Virus record (IMG/VR): IMGVR_UViG_2802429251_000009 | Source of the DNA: a virus | Lineage: Duplodnaviria; Heunggongvirae; Uroviricota; Caudoviricetes | Length of the DNA stretch: 32,209 bases | Reading direction: 5' to 3' (one strand) | Part shown: positions 27,704 through 32,209 of the stretch, piece after piece | Layout of the letters: every line of letters begins with the position of its first letter | How positions within the stretch are numbered: the stretch's first letter is position 1 | Program-made: the position numbers and the translations under genes | Notes under the pieces: model-generated | Databases searched by the model: none | What the model was told of the DNA's origin: nothing | Seen by the model: the letters and a program-made list of their open reading frames with translations, nothing else

Positions 27704-28415
27704 TTCAATTATAAGGATTGCCGATGATATGTCGGCATTATCCTGTTCAATCATTCCGGCCCATCCGTGGGTGTATGGGCTGGGTCAGTCCACGGATTCA
27801 GGCGCTTATCTTAGTCCGGCCAATGCGATGGGATATCTTGCTAAAAAGCTGTTATCCGGTGGCGGTAGCGGCGATGTTATCGTCATGATGGTAGCGGAGA
27901 ATACCCACGACGCATTTATGCAGGGGCTGAATAAACTGTCCACCGTATTTCCTGCCCCCGTTTTTACGCAGGTAAGCCGCATGGCGGCAGCCGCCGCAGA
28001 ACTCAGCACGGTAAAAATGCAGTTGCCGGTTAAAGCCGATGTATTGCCAGCCAGTGCGCCGTTATCAGTCTCAACCAACCGGCTGGCGCTGAATGCCCGG
28101 CGTGTTGCCGCCGCGCAGCTGGCCGCCGCAGTCAGTACCACCACAACAGATCTAAAAAACCAGGTGACGGGATTTATTCAGGAACGGGCCGGTTTGCTGT
28201 CCTCACTCAGCCAGGGACTGGACGACCTGAAAGCCGCCAGTGCGAATATTTTTTCATTCAGTTACAGCGGGAGTTATGCCGTTGCTGCCGCTGAATTGCT
28301 GAAAGGCATCCCGCAAACAACGGCAGTGCATACCGCCGCGATGATGTTTATCGGGGATTCGTTATCTGACTTAGGGAGGATGCTACATGAGCCAGACCGC
28401 ATTACTCGCGCTTGA
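27693..28415 (+). CDS. Hypothetical tail-associated protein
   Basis: Start uncertain (ORF track 27645; in-frame ATGs at 27693 and 27729); phage-like GC; Ala-rich. No recognisable motif. Confidence 0.35.
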   Translation: MWRDSIIRIADDMSALSCSIIPAHPWVYGLGQSTDSGAYLSPANAMGYLAKKLLSGGGSGDVIVMMVAENTHDAFMQGLNKLSTVFPAPVFTQVSRMAAAAAELSTVKMQLPVKADVLPASAPLSVSTNRLALNARRVAAAQLAAAVSTTTTDLKNQVTGFIQERAGLLSSLSQGLDDLKAASANIFSFSYSGSYAVAAAELLKGIPQTTAVHTAAMMFIGDSLSDLGRMLHEPDRITRA

Positions 28416-28929
28416 TGGTGAAGGGATCGCCATGCAGAACATGCTGGTTTCACCTTCCATGCAGTTTCAGGAGAAGGACCAGTCGGGCCAGACATCGAGC
28501 ACGGCCAATGCTGAACAGGGTATCAAGGCCAAAGAGCTGCGCGTGTCGGGTCTGGTGACATTCGACGATGAAGCCGTTTTACAGCGGCTTTTTCAGCTGG
28601 CATCCGCAACCGAAGCCAGCGGAGCACTGAAAAAGTACCGTGTTGCCAATGCGACGGCAACGGCTATCAACCTTCGTGAAGCCACGTTCACCGGTCAGAT
28701 TGATGCCGTACCGCAGGAGGATCGCCTTGCCTGGCAGGTAAGTTTCACCCTGCGTGAAAAAGGCAGCGTCCCGGAAAAACGACAGGCCAGAAAAGGCAAC
28801 GCGACGGCCACCACCAGGCAAACAGGGGCAAAGGGCGCGGGTCCGGCTGCCGGTGCTGATGAACCAGCCGACAAAATGAGCTGGTTTGAAGAAAAGGTCT
28901 TAAAGCCGGTCAACGATGCGCTGGGGTAA
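28387..28929 (+). CDS. Hypothetical tail protein (possibly gpU-like by size and position)
   Basis: 180 aa; GGGAGG SD upstream of the ATG; precedes the hub/spike gene. Assignment is by synteny only. Confidence 0.35.
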   Translation: MSQTALLALDGEGIAMQNMLVSPSMQFQEKDQSGQTSSTANAEQGIKAKELRVSGLVTFDDEAVLQRLFQLASATEASGALKKYRVANATATAINLREATFTGQIDAVPQEDRLAWQVSFTLREKGSVPEKRQARKGNATATTRQTGAKGAGPAAGADEPADKMSWFEEKVLKPVNDALG

Positions 28930-28936
28930 TTAAACG

Positions 28937-30661
28937 ATGAAACCAATTAAACGCCTGTACCTTTCCTCTGATCCGGTCCATCTGATTGACTGCAATATCG
29001 TGCTGGAGCTGAACGCGTGCGGTCGGGGGTTTATTACGGCGGGGACAGAGACAGATTACACCGGCAAAATGGTGCGTATCGATGTTGGTTATGATGGTCT
29101 GGTCCTGCGCTGGTTTACCGGATACGTCGAACGGTCACAGCCTGCTGATAATGGAACATGCCGGTTGTTCGTGCGTGAGCTGGTCGGCATCTTTGATAAA
29201 TTGTGGCCGTGTTCTTTCCAGCATCCAACGTTGCGCCAGATTACTGACTGGATAAGTGAGCAAAGCGGGCTGACCGTCACAACGCCGGTCGGCGCTGCTT
29301 ATGCAGATAAACCGATCCCCCACTTTACGCACAGCGGCACGGGCTACCAGCTTTTTGCCAGTCTGGGCCGAGCATTTTCAGTGACGGATTATCTTTGGTA
29401 TCAGCTGCCGGACGGGGATGTCTTCGTCGGTGCTGCTGAGCACAGTCTTTTTGCGGGTAAACCAGTAGAGATCCCGCACGAATTTAGCCAGGCATCGGCG
29501 GGCGGCAATTCAATGGTTGTGCCGATGATTCAGAGCCTGCGCCCGGGTGCTGAGGTGAACGGCCAGCGGTTAAACCAGGTCCGGCTAAATAACGACGACA
29601 TGACAATCACCTGGCAGCCATGCAACAAAGCCAACGGCCAGCCATTGCAAAAATCACCCATTCAGCGGCAGATTGAAAACGCATTCCCGGAGCTGGCAAG
29701 CGGCCTGCATCTTCCAAAATTCGCCAGGGTGGAAGCGCCAAGCGAGGATGTTTCAGGGGGTAATATTGCCGATCCATTCCGCCCGCGCTATGCCGTGGAT
29801 CTCCAGCTGCTTGACGAATACGGCAAGCCAGCCGCAAATACGCCGGTTTATTCTGCCGTTCCGCTACCTGTACCAATGGCGGGCAGCGAGTCGGGAATGT
29901 TCCAGTTTCCGCCCCCTGGCACGCTGGTTGAAATCGGGTTCACTGAGGGGCGGCAGGATAAGCCCTTCGTGCGCCAGATTATGGCGGAGGGTCATAACCT
30001 GCCAGCGGTTAAACCCGGCGAGCAGTTGCAGCAACAGCGCGATGGTGTATCGCAGCGCGTGACGGTTGCCGGAGACTGGGAACGCCAGACGGACCAGACA
30101 ATCCGCGAAAACTCCATGATGCGCGAAGTCACCACCGACGAAGAGATCCGCAAAGTGGTTGTCCGTGAAACTACGGTCCAGGCAACGGATAAAACAACCG
30201 TGCTTGGCACGGCCACTCTTCTGGCCGGGGCGGTGGTCCATATCAGCGAGGGTGATTACAGTATCGGCACATCCGGCAACCTGACAGTAACCTGCAGCAA
30301 GGACAATTCCGTCAGTGTTGGCCGGAACGCAAAACGGGACGTCGCGGGCGATGTTACAGACGACGTGAAAGGGAATGTCACGTCAAACGTCAGCGGCGCA
30401 CTGACTGAGAAAATCAGCGGTATCCGCCGAAGTGTGGCCCAGGCGCAACAGCTGATTGCCCCGGTGGTAAAACTGGGAAGCGAAGAGATTAACGTCCTGA
30501 CACTACTCACCGACACCCTGGACGTGGTGAGGGAACTGGCAGAGACTGCCGCGTCACATACTCACCCCAACACAGGGGCCAGCGGGCAGGCTGCGCAGTT
30601 CAGCGCAACGGCCACTAAAACCGGTACATTGAAAAGCAAATACGGTCCCCTGATAGCCTGA
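28937..30661 (+). CDS. Putative baseplate hub / central spike protein (gpD-gpV-like, VgrG-like fusion)
   Basis: 574 aa; C-terminal third has repetitive V/T/D/G-rich beta-helix-like segments and an HTHPNTG (H-x-H) motif near the end, as at spike apexes; last gene of the tail cluster. Confidence 0.45.
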   Translation: MKPIKRLYLSSDPVHLIDCNIVLELNACGRGFITAGTETDYTGKMVRIDVGYDGLVLRWFTGYVERSQPADNGTCRLFVRELVGIFDKLWPCSFQHPTLRQITDWISEQSGLTVTTPVGAAYADKPIPHFTHSGTGYQLFASLGRAFSVTDYLWYQLPDGDVFVGAAEHSLFAGKPVEIPHEFSQASAGGNSMVVPMIQSLRPGAEVNGQRLNQVRLNNDDMTITWQPCNKANGQPLQKSPIQRQIENAFPELASGLHLPKFARVEAPSEDVSGGNIADPFRPRYAVDLQLLDEYGKPAANTPVYSAVPLPVPMAGSESGMFQFPPPGTLVEIGFTEGRQDKPFVRQIMAEGHNLPAVKPGEQLQQQRDGVSQRVTVAGDWERQTDQTIRENSMMREVTTDEEIRKVVVRETTVQATDKTTVLGTATLLAGAVVHISEGDYSIGTSGNLTVTCSKDNSVSVGRNAKRDVAGDVTDDVKGNVTSNVSGALTEKISGIRRSVAQAQQLIAPVVKLGSEEINVLTLLTDTLDVVRELAETAASHTHPNTGASGQAAQFSATATKTGTLKSKYGPLIA

Positions 30662-30854
30662 CAAAAACGGCATTACCGCACACCTCACCAGACACCACAG
30701 AACGCGCCACAGCAGGCGCAAATATTAAAGGTCGCCACCGTGCGGCCTTTCTTTCGTTTGTTCAACAGCGGCCCACAGCGTAAGCGACAGCAGGCAGACG
30801 GAAGCGGATCCAAGACGGAAACGGCGCTACACCGCACCCGCCTGCGCAGTTTGG

Positions 30855-30966
30855 ATCATAAAAATTTTGCAAAAGAAATTTTGTGCAAAGCACCCCGCCA
30901 GCCTGCGCCGCTGCTGGGCTTTTGCATCCTGCGGGCGTTTGCACTCTGCGCAAAGATTTGCAGCAC
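30855..30966. repeat. Cluster of TTTGCA-containing motifs, including the 10-bp palindrome TTTTGCAAAA
   Basis: TTTGCA at ~30856, 30911, 30928, 30948 and 30958, plus GCAAAG variants at ~30871 and 30938; a third palindrome copy at ~31144-31153. Read directly. Confidence 0.5.
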
Positions 30967-31243
30967 TTTGCAAAAGTCACCGCGTCGCCAGTCGCTAACC
31001 GACTGGATAACATGATGTTTTTAAAAGGATCGTTTTAGTTTCCGTGACGATCAAAATGATTCGGTTGTATCCGATGGTTTTCGGGGGCGGATATTGTGAA
31101 GCCTTGTGCGGCGCGGGCTGGCGGCTAGTTTGCTTTTATTTGGGTTTTGCAAAATGATGCACGAAGTTTTGATAAAAGGATCTCTAGCTAAGGGGGAGGG
31201 AACGTATAAAAACCCCCGCCCTCTGGGTGATATTTTGTTCTAT

Positions 31244-32209
31244 TTATAGAAGTTTACTTACTGAAATCAGTTTGGGAGATTTAATGCCAATCTCACATAA
31301 TGTTGTATGATGTGCTTCACGCTCAGTTTCCTGATAATAGGTGGCTATCCATTCCGTATTTTTACTAACAATGCTATGTATAAAAGAAAAGTAGGGAACA
31401 TCTACAGATGATAACGAATGGCCGATGATGATGATTTCGTCTACGTTACTGAGATTTTTAAAAAATTTAGCGCTGTCAGCAATGACTTTTTCAGTATTCT
31501 TAAAAGAAGAAGTGAAGTATTTATTAATAGTCTGCTTTCCCATTTCATAAGAGTGATCGTAATTATCAGCCATCCACTGACGCCACTCTTCAAGTTCTTC
31601 ATCGGTTGCATTTTCGGGCGGGACTGCTTCCTTTTCTTCAAAGTTGATAGGGTCAATACCATGACCTAAAATCAACTGTTGATCTGATGATGCTTTCCCA
31701 TGAATATATAAAATTTGTCTATCATCAATACTATAATATTTCTGAAGAGTGTCAGTGTAATTAAAACTGATAAAGATAGAATCAGAATCGATACGCAATC
31801 TTTTTTTTAAATTAAGTTCGGGGTAGTTAACCTGCAATATAAATGACTTGAATTGTGTTAAAAGTCCCTCGGTTAAATTTTCTAGTATACGTTCCATTTC
31901 AATGGATAATGAGTTCCAGTCCCTGTCACGAAAATCGGGGCTGCTAATTTGGGGTAAAAGATAGCTAAACTCTTCGAGCACCGACTCTGTATCCAGACCC
32001 GCTAAGCTGTTTTCGAAATCAGACCAAAGAGAATGTTTTGACTTATCAACTGCGGAAAGAGAAGGGGGTAAGTCAGTAAATCCCATAAACTCAACCAAGT
32101 GATCGTAAATGTCTCGATCTTTCTTCCGAAGATAATCCCCAAATGAGAAATAGCTCGTGTCAAGTTCGTGATGCAGATCAAACCCATTCCCGATGATGTA
32201 TAGCTTCAT
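31244..32209 (-). CDS. AbiH-like abortive-infection family protein (candidate)
   Basis: N-terminus MKLYIIGNGFDLHHELDTSY matches the IIGNGFD motif I associate with the AbiH family; strongly AT-rich; ATG is the last codon position of the window, so the promoter lies outside. Confidence 0.5.
   Translation of the reverse strand: MKLYIIGNGFDLHHELDTSYFSFGDYLRKKDRDIYDHLVEFMGFTDLPPSLSAVDKSKHSLWSDFENSLAGLDTESVLEEFSYLLPQISSPDFRDRDWNSLSIEMERILENLTEGLLTQFKSFILQVNYPELNLKKRLRIDSDSIFISFNYTDTLQKYYSIDDRQILYIHGKASSDQQLILGHGIDPINFEEKEAVPPENATDEELEEWRQWMADNYDHSYEMGKQTINKYFTSSFKNTEKVIADSAKFFKNLSNVDEIIIIGHSLSSVDVPYFSFIHSIVSKNTEWIATYYQETEREAHHTTLCEIGIKSPKLISVSKLL

Larger units (their letters stand above)
667..32209. 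mobile_element. P2-family prophage (P2-like lysogeny, replication and head modules; non-P2 tail gene order), extending beyond the right edge of the window
   Basis: Gene content and order att-int-C-cox-early operon-A-cargo-Q-P-O-N-M-L-tail, as expected for an integrated P2-like genome. Confidence 0.85.

Noticed and set aside
30740-31015. 91-aa and 83-aa ORFs on opposite strands in the intergenic gap
   Set aside because: GTG start without SD, Arg/Pro-rich composition and mutual overlap; the region is better explained as non-coding repeat-rich DNA.
31418-31669. 83-aa and 73-aa ORFs antisense within the AbiH-like gene
   Set aside because: AT-rich shadow ORFs inside a longer gene with a recognisable N-terminal motif.
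1-32209. CRISPR array or rRNA genes
   Set aside because: No regularly spaced direct repeats with unique spacers and no rRNA-like conserved segments seen; the only repeat clusters are the switch repeats, the fibre-gene tandem repeat and the TTTGCA array.

Overview
This window is most of an integrated P2-family temperate myovirus prophage, read left to right from its left attachment site. The order is: an AT-rich lipoprotein gene (1-318), a P2-type att core (~667-695), integrase (-), C repressor (-), the C/cox switch with phased direct repeats, cox (+), an early operon carrying a low-GC cargo pair (2640-3471), a Dam methylase, the gpA rolling-circle replication protein, then an AT-rich two-gene cargo locus (8324-9986) in the position where P2 carries tin/old. 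That cargo encodes a DUF262 (ParB/GmrS-N-like) protein and a small protein with an HEPN-like Rx4H motif; it is the best candidate for an uncharacterised anti-phage system here. A perfect bidirectional hairpin terminator follows, then an Ogr/Delta-type zinc-finger gene translationally coupled to the leftward portal-terminase operon, the P2-like head module (O, N, M, L), and a tail module arranged differently from P2 (R, S, sheath, tube, lysis cassette, chaperone with -1 frameshift, tape measure, baseplate, tail fibre and assembly, hub/spike). The window ends with a 580-bp repeat-rich non-coding gap and an AT-rich AbiH-like gene on the minus strand. No rRNA, tRNA or CRISPR array was seen. All calls rest on reading the supplied ORF translations and the raw sequence; no database search was run, and hand-located coordinates may be off by 1-2 nt.
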